From Anaeramoeba ignava BMAN (taxonomy: Eukaryota; Protista; Anaeramoebae), in NCBI GenBank assembly GCA_028826165.1, contig JAPDFW010000044.1, forward strand, positions 530,617 through 594,616: a stretch of DNA of 64,000 nt, read 5' to 3'. The notes beneath the pieces are model-generated. The model saw only the letters and a program-made list of their open reading frames with translations, was not told the DNA's origin and searched no databases. Below, in pieces: positions 63,301-64,000 of the stretch. How positions within the stretch are numbered: the stretch's first letter is position 1; every line of letters begins with the position of its first letter. Both the position numbers and the translations under genes were made by a program.

Positions 63301-64000
63301 TTCAATATAAATATATTTTTTTCTTTTTCTTTTTAAAAATATAAAAATTTTAAAATTTAAAAATAAAAATGATTTTTCAATTTTTTTTCATTTATTCATT
63401 TTTCATTTTTCATTTTATTCATTTTATTAATTAAATATTTTGTTTAAAATTCAATTCAATTCAATTCAATAATATAAATATTTTAATAATTAATTTAATA
63501 ATATAAATATTTTAATATTTAATTCAATAATATAAATATTTTAATATTTAATTTAATAATATATATATTTTAATATTTAATTTAATAATATAAATATTTT
63601 AATATTTAATTCAATATTTAATTCAATAATATTAATATTTGAATATTTGAATATTCAATTCAAATACAATCATTATCCTGTTGAGCACAATCCAAAAAAG
63701 TAAAACCATCAATATAAAAATCACTATCTGCAGTGAAATTAACACAAATTTGAGTATTTCCACCATCAATTATAGTAGTTTAATTTTAGACACTGATACT
63801 TATCAAAGATATATTTTTGTTAATATTAATAGAAGAAGCGATGAAATAATGACCTTCAAAAACACAAACAACATTATTTTCTTTTGCAATTTTTACTCCT
63901 TCTTCAATTGTTTTGCAACTTGTTTCTGTTGTTGTGCAATTGTTCAAATCGCTTCCGTTACGTGAAACATAAATATCACATCCTTCAATACTATTTGATA
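57368..64000 (-). CDS. Type I membrane protein: beta-helix/pectin-lyase-like N-terminus, EGF-like + Cys-rich repeats, ~12 fibronectin type III domains, TM helix, short tail; 5' end lies beyond the window; introns 62194-63667 and 61674-61924
   Basis: IYVSRNGSD..C..CKTIEEGV start. CYNGGNCYPTGECICLPG...CKPGEFS...CPQGT. Repeated W.PP..GG..I..Y...L....Y...V.A.N..G.G FN3 motifs. TM IIIIAVSGCFAFLALIVILGYYW followed by KKKRR. Single-base frameshifts near 58870, 61392 and 63790. Confidence 0.85.
62200..63660. repeat. Intronic ~28-bp AT-rich minisatellite (AATATAAATATTTTAATATTTAATT[T/C]AAT)
   Basis: Tandem unit visible within intron 62194-63667. Confidence 0.85.

Noticed and set aside
3-64000. Alternative genetic code (stop-codon reassignment)
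   Set aside because: Long conserved ORFs (Ro60, PDI, transposase, NOC3) read through without internal stops in the standard code, and the breaks are explained by introns or single-base indels.

Overview
Very AT-rich eukaryotic (protist) nuclear DNA with GT-AG spliceosomal introns, the standard genetic code, long (AATCAA/AATGAA)n coding microsatellites and AT-rich minisatellites. The style (BTB/TLDc genes, NQ/NE runs, TCATTT promoter motif) suggests an anaerobic metamonad such as Anaeramoeba; this is inference only. About 16 host genes are recognisable: a partial BACK-TLDc protein, FKBP15-like, TOM1-like VHS-GAT, Ro60, WW-MyTH4-RhoGAP, Sin3-like, PDI, NOC3, MTMR14, EDRF1, a BTB-ARM protein, PSMD13/Rpn9, SAPS/PP6R, ASPSCR1/TUG, an RGS protein and a partial FN3 surface receptor. 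Many ORF breaks fall in homopolymers and look like assembly indels. The standout locus (36968-46428) is a BTB-coiled-coil gene carrying 20 tandem one-exon-per-repeat armadillo cassettes, all with phase-1 introns, whose variation concentrates on the ligand-binding helix. Its last exon is interrupted by a 2844-bp PIF/Harbinger/ISL2EU-type DNA transposon (AAT target-site duplication) encoding a single RHH-like/HTH/DDE/Ulp1-protease fusion. Other notable items are a candidate newborn intron made by an exact 82-bp exon duplication in Sin3, A-rich 3' splice sites, and an Inr-like TCATTT motif upstream of nearly every gene.
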